Shown here piece by piece: positions 50,157 to 59,866 of a stretch of DNA of 64,000 nt (the first letter of the stretch is position 1; each line of letters opens with the position of its first letter). The notes below the pieces were generated by a model. It searched no databases, was not told where the DNA came from, and was given only the letters and a program-made list of their open reading frames with translations. The translations under genes and the position numbers were made by a program. The DNA comes from an uncultured Actinomycetota bacterium (GTDB lineage Bacteria; Actinomycetota; Actinomycetes; JAHEKZ01). The DNA lies in contig CAWHIJ010000003.1 of the NCBI GenBank assembly GCA_963829525.1, forward strand, positions 2,048,001 to 2,112,000. The letters are read 5' to 3'.

Positions 50157-50733
50157 TCAGGGAATCGCCACTCTGGTTTCGCAGGTGGTAGCGGTGTCAG
50201 TCCCGGTGCCCCCCGTCGCAAGTGTCGGTTCCCACACCACCCGTCAAGGCGTCGATACCGGCTTGGCCATACAGCTTGTCGTTGCCGCCCAAGCCGGAGA
50301 TGGTGTCGTTACCGTCCTGACCGGAGATCGTGTTGACTCCATCGGTTCCCGTTAGCTTGTCCGCACCAGGGGATCCGCTGATATTCTCCAGAAGGGACAG
50401 GGCGTCGGTGCCTTCACCGGTCGCGGTGCCGGTAGCCAGGTTCACGGTGACCGCAAGGGCCTTGCCGAAGTGGGCTGTGTCAAGACCTGCACCACCGTTG
50501 AGACGGTCGTTGCCAAGTCCGCCACCCATCGTGTCGTTCCCAGCGCCACCCAGGAGGTTGTCCGGGTTGCCCTGCCCCCAGATCCCGTCGTTGCCGCCGC
50601 CGCCGTTGAGAACGTTGGTGCCCCCGTTCCCGTCAAGCTTGTCAACGTAGGGCGAACTGACCAGGTTCTCGATGTCCTCCAGAGTGTCGGTGCCCTGACC
50701 AGTCGCCCTGCCGGTCGTGAGGTTCGCCGTCAC
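50157..50733 (-). pseudogene. 3' fragment of a hemolysin-type (RTX) Ca2+-binding repeat protein
   Basis: GGxGxD repeats; no signal peptide or N terminus; a +1 shift in the C6 run near 50210 restores ...CDGGTGTDTATTCETRVAIP*. Confidence 0.75.
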
Positions 50734-50809
50734 GCGACACGCCTTGGTGTCAAAACAAGTCAGGAATATGCCTCTGACCTGCGCAAATGTGATCTCAGCG
50801 CGAAAAGGC

Positions 50810-52234
50810 TTAGTCCAGGTAGTCGCGCAATACCTGCGAACGGCTCGGGTGACGCAGTTTGCTCATGGTCTTCGACTCGATCTGACGAATCCGCTCACGA
50901 GTGACGCCGTAGACCTTGCCGATCTCATCCAACGTCTTGGGCTGACCATCGGTCAGACCGAACCGCATCGAAACGACGCCTGCCTCGCGGTCCGACAGGG
51001 TGTCGAGCACCGCATGCAACTGCTCCTGCAACAAGGTGAACGAAACCGCGTCCGCGGGAACGACAGCTTCGGAGTCTTCAATGAGGTCACCGAACTCGCT
51101 GTCGCCGTCCTCGCCGAGCGGAGTGTGCAGCGAGATCGGCTCGCGACCGTACTTCTGCACCTCGACAACCTTTTCCGGCGTCATGTCGAGTTCTTTGGCG
51201 AGCTCTTCCGGAGTCGGCTCCCGGCCGAGATCCTGCAGCATCTGCCGCTGAACGCGGGCGAGCTTGTTGATGACCTCGACCATGTGCACCGGGATGCGAA
51301 TGGTGCGGGCCTGGTCCGCCATTGCACGTGTGATCGCCTGACGGATCCACCACGTTGCGTACGTCGAGAACTTATAGCCCTTTGTGTAGTCGAACTTCTC
51401 GACTGCACGGATGAGTCCGAGGTTGCCCTCCTGGATCAGGTCCAGGAAGAGCATGCCGCGTCCGGTGTAGCGCTTGGCCAGCGAGACGACCAAACGAAGG
51501 TTCGCTTCGAGCAGGTGGTCCTTGGCGCGACGACCATCTTCGGCGATCCACTCGAGCTCCCGGTGCATCTTGGCTGAGAGCTTCTTTGTGCCGTTGAGCT
51601 TCTCTTCGGCGAAGAGTCCGGCCTCGATGCGCTTGGCCAGCTCGACCTCCTGCTCGGCGTTGAGCAGGGCAACCTTTCCGATTTGCTTGAGATAGTCCTT
51701 GACCGGGTCAGCTGTGGCACCGGCAACGGTGACCTGCTGGACGGGCTCATCCGACTCATCTCGGTGTGAGATCACGAAGCCCTTCTCTTCAGGCTCCTTC
51801 TTCAACTCCTCAGCGATCTCTTCGTCGCTGACCGGCATGCCATCGTCGGCGACAGGGATCTCGACCGTCGCAGTCTCGGCAGCGGCGGCACCCTTCTTGG
51901 CGGCGATCTTCTTTGCCGGTGCCTCAGCCTTGGCGGGCGCAGCCTTCTTCGCGGAAGCGTCATTCTTAGCGGGAGCCTTGGCGGCCGACTTCTTCACCGC
52001 GACCGGCTTCTTGGCGGGAGCCTTGGTGGTCGGCTTCTTGGCTGGAGCGGCCTTCTTGGCCGTCGCCTTCGTTGAGGCAGGCTTCACTCCCGCCTTCACC
52101 GGGGCCTTCTTGGCGGGAGCCTTGGCGGCCGGCTTCTTGGGTGCCGAAGCCTTGCTCTTCGCAGCGGTCTTGGGTGCGGACTTCTTCGCAGGAGTCTTGG
52201 CGGCCTTGGTAGCAGTCTTGCGAGCAGCGCTCAT
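50810..52234 (-). CDS. hrdB: Principal RNA polymerase sigma factor (HrdB/SigA)
   Basis: [41 protein letters not shown] and TRERIRQIE motifs, LRDYLD end; Ala/Lys/Pro-rich N terminus. Confidence 0.98.
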   Translation of the reverse strand: MSAARKTATKAAKTPAKKSAPKTAAKSKASAPKKPAAKAPAKKAPVKAGVKPASTKATAKKAAPAKKPTTKAPAKKPVAVKKSAAKAPAKNDASAKKAAPAKAEAPAKKIAAKKGAAAAETATVEIPVADDGMPVSDEEIAEELKKEPEEKGFVISHRDESDEPVQQVTVAGATADPVKDYLKQIGKVALLNAEQEVELAKRIEAGLFAEEKLNGTKKLSAKMHRELEWIAEDGRRAKDHLLEANLRLVVSLAKRYTGRGMLFLDLIQEGNLGLIRAVEKFDYTKGYKFSTYATWWIRQAITRAMADQARTIRIPVHMVEVINKLARVQRQMLQDLGREPTPEELAKELDMTPEKVVEVQKYGREPISLHTPLGEDGDSEFGDLIEDSEAVVPADAVSFTLLQEQLHAVLDTLSDREAGVVSMRFGLTDGQPKTLDEIGKVYGVTRERIRQIESKTMSKLRHPSRSQVLRDYLD

Positions 52235-52372
52235 AGGAGCGGTTGCCTCCTTGCGGGATGCGGGCAGCCGTCATGCGGGCACGCGTAACGGGAGTATGCG
52301 GAGATCGGCTGCTGCGCCGAGGGGTGGAAGGCTGACCTGGGGATCGGCCCCGGAGTAGGCGCGGCAGTAGAC

Positions 52373-52378
52373 ATTGTA
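52373..52378 (-). promoter_or_regulatory. Candidate -10 element of hrdB
   Basis: TACAAT on the minus strand about 140 nt upstream of the start. Confidence 0.45.
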
Positions 52379-52422
52379 GTCAACGCCATCGGTGGTCTTG
52401 CTCTTCCCCCGCCGAGGTGGGG

Positions 52423-52830
52423 TCAGGCGTCTGCGCGCTTGACCGCGAGAACCGGGCAGGTGGCGTCCAACAGGACACGCTGCGCGTTGCTGCCCATGAT
52501 CAACTTCCCCACCGGGGTGCGCCTCCGGAGTCCGATCACGATCATCTCTGCGGAAACTTCCCCGGCAATCGCCACCAGGTCGTCGGCAGGGTCATTGCCA
52601 CGGATGAGCCCTCGGACGTCGTGCTCGATGCCTTCGGCATGGAGGCGGTCGTGGATGGCCTCCACTTGCTCGTTGGTGAGGGCCATCTCCTCGTAGTCGG
52701 CCGTCCGGCCGCCCCGCTGAGAGTTGACCACCAGCAGGTTGCTCCCCCGAAGCTTGGCCTCATCGACGGCGCGATCGAGGGCCGCCTCGCCCTCTGGGCT
52801 CGGCACGTAACCCACCACGATCGTCCCCAT
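52423..52830 (-). CDS. Universal stress protein
   Basis: TIVVGY...IVIG.RRRTPVGKLIMGSNAQRVLLDA.CPVLAV. Confidence 0.93.
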   Translation of the reverse strand: MGTIVVGYVPSPEGEAALDRAVDEAKLRGSNLLVVNSQRGGRTADYEEMALTNEQVEAIHDRLHAEGIEHDVRGLIRGNDPADDLVAIAGEVSAEMIVIGLRRRTPVGKLIMGSNAQRVLLDATCPVLAVKRADA

Positions 52831-52941
52831 GCAGACCTCCTCGACAGTCCAGGACTCCTGTGAACGCCGGGCCAAATGGTCCGACCTTCCAGACAGAGCC
52901 TGGCCGGACGCTACCCCACCTGCGGGCTATGGGCCAGGACC

Positions 52942-53838
52942 TCAGCCGATGACGAGCTCAGCCCTGGCCTCGACCACCGACACCGCTAAGGGGCCGACCG
53001 TCTGAACGACCGGGTCACCCCCAACCGGCCACGGCCCCATGCCATCGACGGTGAACCACGCCTCCCAGGTACTGCTCACCGAAACGGGGTAGCTGCCCGC
53101 ATGTGCATAAGGGTGGTTGACCGCCATCTCCGGCCAGGCACCACCCGGCTCGTCAGTCGTAAAGGCGTGGCCGTCCCCGAAGTCCCACGTCCACGTCGCC
53201 CGGCCGTCGAGGACGATGTCGAAGCCGACGAGCTGAAAGCGACGCTCTCCCAGCCTTGCTGGCTGACCCGACGCGAACACCGCTGGCAGCCCTATCAGGG
53301 TGCCTCCCTTCGGCTGAGACGTCGGCTGCAGCGGTGGGACGTTCTCAACCACGACGTCGGAAAGCTCACTGGCAACGTCGTCGATCGTCGTTGGCGCACC
53401 GCCAACCAGACAGACCAAACCGACCTCGCGCCAATCGATGTCGCCGGGTCGGAGGAGCAAGACGATCCGCCGGAACTCCCCCGGCGGGCAGGACGCAGCA
53501 GCCCCACCACACTCGACCCCACCAGCCTGGCCGTTGCCGCGGCACATCGGCAGCAGCGCCCAGCGGCACTCCGGACAGGTCGCTGCGTCCCTGCGGTCGG
53601 CGTCACTACCCGTAAAGCTGCCGGCCGGGAGCAACAGGCCACCCCTCCCGACGTATTGAGCCCCATCAGGGTCGGCAACCACATCGCAGTCGGCGCCAAC
53701 GCACGGCTGCACGCTGAAGGCCGGAGTCGACGGCAGCCAGGCCACCAACAGTCCGAGCACACCGCTGACAACGAGCAATGCACGCAACGGCGTCCGCCGC
53801 GTGCGTGGCCCCGCGGCAACAGGTCTCCCCCAGATCAT
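52942..53838 (-). CDS. Secreted Cys-rich protein with a C-terminal PKD-like domain
   Basis: Signal peptide; eight Cys; WTWDFGDG...HPY..AGSY motif. Confidence 0.75.
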   Translation of the reverse strand: MIWGRPVAAGPRTRRTPLRALLVVSGVLGLLVAWLPSTPAFSVQPCVGADCDVVADPDGAQYVGRGGLLLPAGSFTGSDADRRDAATCPECRWALLPMCRGNGQAGGVECGGAAASCPPGEFRRIVLLLRPGDIDWREVGLVCLVGGAPTTIDDVASELSDVVVENVPPLQPTSQPKGGTLIGLPAVFASGQPARLGERRFQLVGFDIVLDGRATWTWDFGDGHAFTTDEPGGAWPEMAVNHPYAHAGSYPVSVSSTWEAWFTVDGMGPWPVGGDPVVQTVGPLAVSVVEARAELVIG

Positions 53839-53954
53839 GGGCTGGAGGGTAGGGCGGTCACGCTATGCCGTGGGCCCAATCCACAGGCGGCGGACCCAAC
53901 TGGAGCAACCTGACTACCGAGAGCGCTCAGCCGCTCACGGCCGGCCGCCGGGCG

Positions 53955-54269
53955 TCACCTGCCGACGCGGCCATCCCCGGCACCGGGCAGGTCCTCTTCG
54001 TTGAAAAGGTCGAGTAGCTCGCCGACTCGATGACCGGCCTCATGCGGGTGTCTGAAGTGCTTTCCGGAGTTGACGGCATAGTGGTTTCGCCGTCCCCGCC
54101 GCTCGCGACTGATGTAGCCAGCCCCTTCGAGGTCAGCGACGATCATCTGCACCGAGCGCTCGGTGATACCAACCGACGCGGCGACGTCGCGAAGTCGTAC
54201 ATCGGGGTCGCTGGCGATGATGAGAAGCACCCGACCATGGTTGGTGAGGAGGGTCCATTGCTCAGCCAC
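53955..54269 (-). CDS. Small winged-helix transcriptional regulator
   Basis: WTLLTNHGRVL...DVA..VGITERSVQ.IV.DL...GY..R.R.GRRNHY. Confidence 0.88.
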   Translation of the reverse strand: MAEQWTLLTNHGRVLLIIASDPDVRLRDVAASVGITERSVQMIVADLEGAGYISRERRGRRNHYAVNSGKHFRHPHEAGHRVGELLDLFNEEDLPGAGDGRVGR

Positions 54270-54332
54270 ACGCGAACGCTACCTCGCGAGATGCAGATCA
54301 GCCCAGAGGACGCGCATATCTCTCGCACTTGA

Positions 54333-55418
54333 TCACATGGCCGAGCGGGTCTTGCCCCAGGGTGATCGCTTGCGCTGGATCCGACGCCCAACGCGTCGGC
54401 AGTCCTCAGCGACTCCCGCAATGAACTCATGGGGGTTCATCCCACGCTGTTGTGCCTCGTCAAGCAGCCGCGCCATCGAGTAGTAGGGGTTGGCCGCTAG
54501 CGCCGCCTCGATCGCGATGTTGGCGCGCGCTCCGCTGCCTTCCGCCTGACACCAAAGGGCGTAGATGGTTGCGACGGGCGCCCGCCAGAGCGGTGGAGCG
54601 ACACGGACGAGGTCGCGCCAGGCCACCTCGACCTCGCGCTCGGGACGACTGGTGAGGAATCCGACCGTGGCGTCCCGGACGGCGATGTCCATCAACGCCC
54701 ACAGCACCCGCGCTGCCTGCTCTGGTGTCGGCAAGGCAGCCCCTCGGCGCGCGTCGCGGACGAAGCCACGCACCTCGGCCCAGTCCTCGGCACGCAGGAC
54801 AACTTCTGGTCGGTCGTCCTGGTCATCCCTCAGGGCGAGCAGCGCCTCGAGCACATCGGCCATGCGCTCCTGGTCAGGGTCGAGCTCGGCCTCGAGGTCG
54901 GCTCGCCCGGGAAGCGCGACCAACCCCTCGGCAACGGCGCCAGCTGCGAGCGCCCCCGCTCTCACCAACTCGGTCCCCTCAGGTGGGCAGCATGTGTCGT
55001 CCCGACAGCGGTAGGACCACCAGCGGCCGCCGCCAACGGCTAGCGCATCGACTTCCTTGAGCTCGTACTTGTCGAACACCCGCCGCAGTTCATCGCGATG
55101 GGCGCGGTGTGCCAGCGGGTGCCCGGCGATGGCGTCGTCATAGAGCGCGACCAGCACACCGGTCGCACCGGCGGCCGCCGCCGAGTGACAAAGCGGCTCA
55201 GCGCACTCAGGCGGAGCATCGAGGTCGTACCGGGCGCTGACCACCACAGCCTTGCCGCGCATGGCGACAATCACGACGCTGTGTTCGGGATGGAACCCCA
55301 GCAGGTACGGGATCACCTGCAAGATCTCCGAGGGCCCGCTGGCCCGCAGAGTGGGGCGGGACTCAAGTGACAGCTTGGACGCGTGGGCCGGGACTCCGGC
55401 CGGAAGTGGAAGGCTCAT
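54333..55418 (-). CDS. DUF4192-domain protein
   Basis: IPYLLGFHPEHSVV, RWWSY.C..D.CCP.EG and VRD motifs. Confidence 0.88.
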   Translation of the reverse strand: MSLPLPAGVPAHASKLSLESRPTLRASGPSEILQVIPYLLGFHPEHSVVIVAMRGKAVVVSARYDLDAPPECAEPLCHSAAAAGATGVLVALYDDAIAGHPLAHRAHRDELRRVFDKYELKEVDALAVGGGRWWSYRCRDDTCCPPEGTELVRAGALAAGAVAEGLVALPGRADLEAELDPDQERMADVLEALLALRDDQDDRPEVVLRAEDWAEVRGFVRDARRGAALPTPEQAARVLWALMDIAVRDATVGFLTSRPEREVEVAWRDLVRVAPPLWRAPVATIYALWCQAEGSGARANIAIEAALAANPYYSMARLLDEAQQRGMNPHEFIAGVAEDCRRVGRRIQRKRSPWGKTRSAM

Positions 55419-55471
55419 GCGCCAGACCGTGCCGTGGGTGAAGGCGACCAGCAGGGCTGAGGCAGCGATCT

Positions 55472-56299
55472 GTGGACAACTTGACTCCTCACAGTCTCGG
55501 GAAAACCCGCCAGAAAGCGGCGTCTCGTCTGGCCGTCGGGGGCAAGGCAGCGCATGCTGATCCGGTGGAGTCACAACCGGCACCCCCCGAAACCGACGTA
55601 GGACGCCCCTACGGGCGCCGCATCGTGCTGTCGGTCGTCGGGATCGGCGCTGTCGGTTTCGCGCTCGGCGGCCCACTGCAGAACGCCATCGACGCCGTCC
55701 TCTCCCCTGTGCGCCGGGCCGACCCAACGGGGCTGACCTCGCTGGTTCCGGGTGAGGGCGGTTGGCGCTACTACTCGGTTACCGCGCAGCAACCCGACCT
55801 GACAACCGATGACTACACACTGCGCGTCGACGGCTTGGTCGACCGACCAGCAACGCTCACCTGGGATGACCTCGCCGACCTGCCGCAGACCAATTGGACG
55901 CGCGACTTCCAGTGCGTCACCGGGTGGCGCGTCGACGACGCGGCCTGGCAGGGAGTCGAGGTACGAGCCATCCTCGACACCGTCGGCGTCCAGGGTTCAG
56001 CCCAAGCGGTCACGTTCTACTCCCACGACGGGACGTACACCGAGTCGCTCACCCTCGATCAGATCGAACGGGACGAGGTGATGGTCGCCACGCACCTGGA
56101 CGGCGAAGTGATCAGCCGCGACCACGGCGGCCCGGTGCGTCTACTGGTCGTCCCGATGTATGGGTACAAGTCGCTGAAGTGGCTGAGTCGTATCGAGCTG
56201 GTCGACGCTGTCGACCCCGGCTATTGGGAGGAGCGCGGTTATGACGTCGACGCCTATGTCGGATCGTCCAACGGACGCAACGACGACCCGATCACCTGA
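55472..56299 (+). CDS. Molybdopterin-dependent oxidoreductase (sulfite oxidase/MsrP-like)
   Basis: RR-containing hydrophobic leader; DFQCVTGW, HGGPVRL, YGYKSLKWL and GYWE.RGY motifs. Confidence 0.9.
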   Translation: MDNLTPHSLGKTRQKAASRLAVGGKAAHADPVESQPAPPETDVGRPYGRRIVLSVVGIGAVGFALGGPLQNAIDAVLSPVRRADPTGLTSLVPGEGGWRYYSVTAQQPDLTTDDYTLRVDGLVDRPATLTWDDLADLPQTNWTRDFQCVTGWRVDDAAWQGVEVRAILDTVGVQGSAQAVTFYSHDGTYTESLTLDQIERDEVMVATHLDGEVISRDHGGPVRLLVVPMYGYKSLKWLSRIELVDAVDPGYWEERGYDVDAYVGSSNGRNDDPIT

Positions 56300-56846
56300 C
56301 ACACGCTTCTCGACGACCGAAGTTGTGGTCCACGCTGCGTTCGCGCTGCTAATCGCCGTGGGAATCGTCACCGCAGCGATCATGTGGATCGACCCCTTGG
56401 CCATCGCGGTCGGCCGCCGCGACCTCGTGCGCACGGTCCACGTCACAGCTGGTCTCCTCGCTCCGCTCCCGCTCGCCCTCGGTCTGCTGTCCGCACGCTT
56501 TCGTTCTGACGTCGCTCGGCTCGAACGGTGGACGGACTCCGACGTCGAGTGGCTCCGCTCCAAAGACCGACGGAGCGGCCGCATCCCCGTGCAACGGTTC
56601 AATGCGGGGCAGAAGCTCAACGCTGCGCTCACGATCGGAGCGGTTATCGTCCTGCTCGGAACCGGGACCGTCATGGGCGGTTGGCTTTGGTCGTGGCCAA
56701 CGGCAGCACGCACCGACGCCACCTGGGTGCACGACTGGACGGCTTTCGCCCTCACGGCAGCAGTCATTGGGCACGTGGTCTTCGCGCTGCGTTACCGACG
56801 GGGCGATGCACCCCGTTCATCTGCCATGGCCCGAACCCTCCAGTGA
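56256..56846 (+). CDS. Di-haem cytochrome b (FdnI/HyaC-like) partner subunit
   Basis: Four TM segments with His; RFNAGQKL motif. Confidence 0.85.
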   Translation: MSDRPTDATTTRSPDTRFSTTEVVVHAAFALLIAVGIVTAAIMWIDPLAIAVGRRDLVRTVHVTAGLLAPLPLALGLLSARFRSDVARLERWTDSDVEWLRSKDRRSGRIPVQRFNAGQKLNAALTIGAVIVLLGTGTVMGGWLWSWPTAARTDATWVHDWTAFALTAAVIGHVVFALRYRRGDAPRSSAMARTLQ

Positions 56847-58409
56847 CTCCCAAGCACGGACGGCCAGCTCGAGGCGGAGCCGGGTCTCGGGGTTGCCCAG
56901 GTCGCGCCCAAGAATCTGGGTGATCCGCTCAACGCGGTAGTAGATGGTGCGCCGCTCGACACCGAGCCGCTGAGCTGCCGCGGTCTTTGAGCCGTTCTCG
57001 GCCAGCAGCGCCCGCAGCGTCAGCACGAGACTGGATCCGTGCGCGCGGTCGTAGTCCAGCAGCGGACCGAGCTCAGCCTCGAAGAAGCGACCCAGCTCGG
57101 GTCCCTCCGCCAGCCGATCGAGCAGCACCGAGAGACCGAGGTCTTCGTAAGGCACAACAGCCCCGGTGCCGCCTCCAGGCAGCCGCTCGGCCGCGTGCCG
57201 GACTGCGTCGACCGCTTGGCGGTAAGCACGCAGTACGTCGTGATCGTCAACCATCCTGCTGAACCCCGCGCGGCAGCTGGGATGGCTGATATCGGAGCAC
57301 AGCTGGGCGGGATCGACGGTCACCGGAACGGCAACTACCGCAACCACTCGCTCCCCGTCAGGAGCCACCAGCGCCCGACAGCCAGACGCATCCAGCGTCT
57401 TCGCGGTTCGGGTAGTAGCCGAGTCGCGCACACGTTCGCGAGCACGCGCACCTCCTTTCGGAAGCGGCAACGGTTCGACGACCAGGACGCGAAGGGGATC
57501 ACGTCCCAAGTCGATGTCGAGCGCGCGGGCTCGACGCCGCAGCTCGCGTCCAGAGGTGATGCGTTCCATGACCAGATCATTGATCAGCGCCGCCCGCGCA
57601 GTCTCGGTGATCAGGCTCGCTTCACGTTCGACCAGGAGCGCCAAAGCCACAGCCACGGTCGCACGGTCGACTGCCACAGCCTCAACCCGGCCAGGCTCGT
57701 TCCCGCAGTACACGCGCAACGTTCCCCAGCGCTCACCCCGGACGACGACATTCTGTTCGAGCAACTGACCGTTCTCACGCTTGACGCCCTCACGCACAGT
57801 CTCAACTCCGGTCGCGTCGGTGAGAACCACCGACCCGTCAACGATGTCAGCGAGCTTGCTGAGTATCTCGGTGATGTCGCCGCTGCTCACGACGAGATCG
57901 GTGAACGTCCTGGAGATTTCGTCGATCTTCTCCAGAGCCGCGATGTGCGCGGCGATCTCAGCCTCGGCGCGTTTTTGAGCAGTGATGTCTAGGAGTACGC
58001 CAGGCGAAAACCGGCGTCCATCCACCTCGACCGCCGACACCCGCTCCTCGATCCACACCGTCTCGCCCGTGTCCGGGCGGACGTATCGCCACTCCTGACG
58101 TCCGCCTCCCTTCTCCATGAGCCGGAAGGTGCCCTCGTAGGCACGGTCCCGATCCTCGGGATGAACGTGGTGGAAGGTTTGGTCGAAGTGAGGGTTGGCG
58201 ACATCCTCACGCTGCAACCCGAGAACCTGCTTGACCTGGGGGCCGATGTAGAGGGTTATCTGCTCGTCGGGTACATCGATGTAGGGAACGACCGGCATCG
58301 ACTCGAGGAGCATGGTGATGAGCTCCCATGCTTCGGGGCCGTCCCCGAGGGCCTGGGAGAGCGGCTCTGATGTGTGGGTTCTGGGTTCGGCAGCATCGCG
58401 ATCAGGCAC
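56817..58409 (-). CDS. PAS-domain PucR/CdaR-family transcriptional regulator
   Basis: PAS VHPEDR...DIT.QKRAE; C-terminal LGPLLDYD...L..TL, AAQRLGV.R.TIYYR. Confidence 0.88.
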   Translation of the reverse strand: MPDRDAAEPRTHTSEPLSQALGDGPEAWELITMLLESMPVVPYIDVPDEQITLYIGPQVKQVLGLQREDVANPHFDQTFHHVHPEDRDRAYEGTFRLMEKGGGRQEWRYVRPDTGETVWIEERVSAVEVDGRRFSPGVLLDITAQKRAEAEIAAHIAALEKIDEISRTFTDLVVSSGDITEILSKLADIVDGSVVLTDATGVETVREGVKRENGQLLEQNVVVRGERWGTLRVYCGNEPGRVEAVAVDRATVAVALALLVEREASLITETARAALINDLVMERITSGRELRRRARALDIDLGRDPLRVLVVEPLPLPKGGARARERVRDSATTRTAKTLDASGCRALVAPDGERVVAVVAVPVTVDPAQLCSDISHPSCRAGFSRMVDDHDVLRAYRQAVDAVRHAAERLPGGGTGAVVPYEDLGLSVLLDRLAEGPELGRFFEAELGPLLDYDRAHGSSLVLTLRALLAENGSKTAAAQRLGVERRTIYYRVERITQILGRDLGNPETRLRLELAVRAWESLEGSGHGR

Positions 58410-58585
58410 CTGCCACCTCCCAGCAACGAAGTCTTCACCCTGCAGTTCACTCTGTGCAGCGAACTTTCACATTCTGCGGCCCCACGGTCATGGGTGGAAT
58501 GTTTTTCGGTAACAGTCGGGAGTCGGTTGCCGCCCAACCCGACCCCGGGTGCAGGGTGGGAAATGGGGTTGGGCAGGATGCCCAC

Positions 58586-59230
58586 ATGCGGCTGGATCAC
58601 CTCTCATACGCAGCACCGACCGACCACCTCGCCGACGTCGTCCAGCGGTTGGGATCGCGGCTCGGTGCCGGATTCACCGATGGCGGTGTCCACCCCCGAT
58701 TCGGCACCCGCAACTTCGTCCTTCCCCTCGCCGGCGGTGCCTACCTCGAGGTCGTAGCGGCCCTGGACCACCCGGCAGCTGACTCCGCTCCCTTCGGGCG
58801 TGCCGTCAAGGCGCGCTCCGTCGACGGTGGCGGGTGGCTGGGCTGGGTCGTCGAGGTGCCGGAGATGGCAACCGTCGAGAGTCGCCTCGGCCGCGAAGCG
58901 GTCGAGGGTCACCGTCGTCGCCCAGACGGCTACGACCTGCGCTGGAAGCAGATCGGCGTCAACGAACTGCTCGGAGACCCGCAGCTTCCATACTTCATCC
59001 ACTGGGAGTGCGAGCCCGAGCAGCGCCCCGGCTACGGCAACGGAACAGATCTCCGCATCACCAAACTCGAGATCGCCGGGGACTCCGGAGTCGTCACCGA
59101 TTGGCTCGGCTCGCTCAACGGCGACCCTCTCGACGACGTTGAGGTCGAGTGGGTGACGCCGACCGACGACACTGAAGGTCTGGTTGCCGCACACTTCGCG
59201 ACTCCGAACGGCATCGTCCGCGTCGACTAG
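58586..59230 (+). CDS. VOC (glyoxalase-like 3) family protein
   Basis: MRLDHLSY, GGVHPRFGTRN, YLEVV and LPYFIHW motifs. Confidence 0.9.
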   Translation: MRLDHLSYAAPTDHLADVVQRLGSRLGAGFTDGGVHPRFGTRNFVLPLAGGAYLEVVAALDHPAADSAPFGRAVKARSVDGGGWLGWVVEVPEMATVESRLGREAVEGHRRRPDGYDLRWKQIGVNELLGDPQLPYFIHWECEPEQRPGYGNGTDLRITKLEIAGDSGVVTDWLGSLNGDPLDDVEVEWVTPTDDTEGLVAAHFATPNGIVRVD

Positions 59231-59275
59231 TGAGCTTGCCCAACCGCGACTTCAGTGCAACGAGTCCAACCCCCG

Positions 59276-59545
59276 TCACGCCTTTTCGACGAACCAGACC
59301 TCTGGGTGTCCGGACACGCCAAGCGCGGCCATCGCAGCCTTGAGTTCGTCAGATCCGGCGAACGCCTGCGCAGCGTCGATCGAGTCGAAGTCATGGACGA
59401 CCGTGAGGTTGTTCCCATCGTCTACTGAGCGGTAGACCGTGTCAGACCGAACTCCCCCGCTGGTCCGAACACTTACGTTCTCGTCATAGCCCTGGCGCCA
59501 CTTGGCGTAGTCCTGGACGTCGTGTCGGACGAAGAGTGTGACCAT
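59276..59545 (-). CDS. Small dimeric alpha/beta-barrel (ABM-like) protein
   Basis: VRHDVQDYAKW...VYR..DD.N...V.HDF...AM...GV...P; AGGAG RBS. Confidence 0.8.
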   Translation of the reverse strand: MVTLFVRHDVQDYAKWRQGYDENVSVRTSGGVRSDTVYRSVDDGNNLTVVHDFDSIDAAQAFAGSDELKAAMAALGVSGHPEVWFVEKA

Positions 59546-59649
59546 GGGGCGGCTCCTGAGGGGCTCAGCTTGTCCTCGATGTGGTGACCGGAGTCTCCTC
59601 GCACGGGGCAACGACCACAACCCCTGCGGATCTGGCCTACCGTTCGGGT

Positions 59650-59862
59650 ATGTGCCGGAGCATCAAGACCCTTCGCCCACCCTTCATCGACGCCGCGACT
59701 GAGGCCGACGTTCAAGCTGCGGCCCTGCAGTACGTGCGCAAGGTGTCAGGGTTTCGCGCCCCTGCCGCGCACAACCGCGAGGCCTTCGACCACGCCGTCA
59801 GCGAGGTGTCCGCAGCAACCGCGAACCTGTTGGCTGCACTAGAGGTCCGCGGCCAACGCTGA
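59650..59862 (+). CDS. DUF2277-domain protein
   Basis: MCRSIKTL...AAALQYVRKVSG. Confidence 0.9.
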   Translation: MCRSIKTLRPPFIDAATEADVQAAALQYVRKVSGFRAPAAHNREAFDHAVSEVSAATANLLAALEVRGQR

Positions 59863-59866
59863 ACCC

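Larger units (their letters stand above)
45127..50829. mobile_element. Decayed genomic island integrated at the 3' end of hrdB
   Basis: Bounded by 21-bp direct repeats (19/21); contains prim-pol and resolvase relics and a 5'-truncated gene; no integrase found. Confidence 0.65.

Noticed and set aside
51880-52225. Tandem CTTCTTGGC-like repeats as a CRISPR or other array
   Set aside because: They encode the Ala/Lys/Pro-rich N terminus common in actinobacterial SigA; there are no spacers or cas genes
50717-52358. Long plus-strand ORFs over hrdB, and similar shadow ORFs throughout the window
   Set aside because: Antisense or off-frame ORFs are expected in high-GC DNA and carry no motifs
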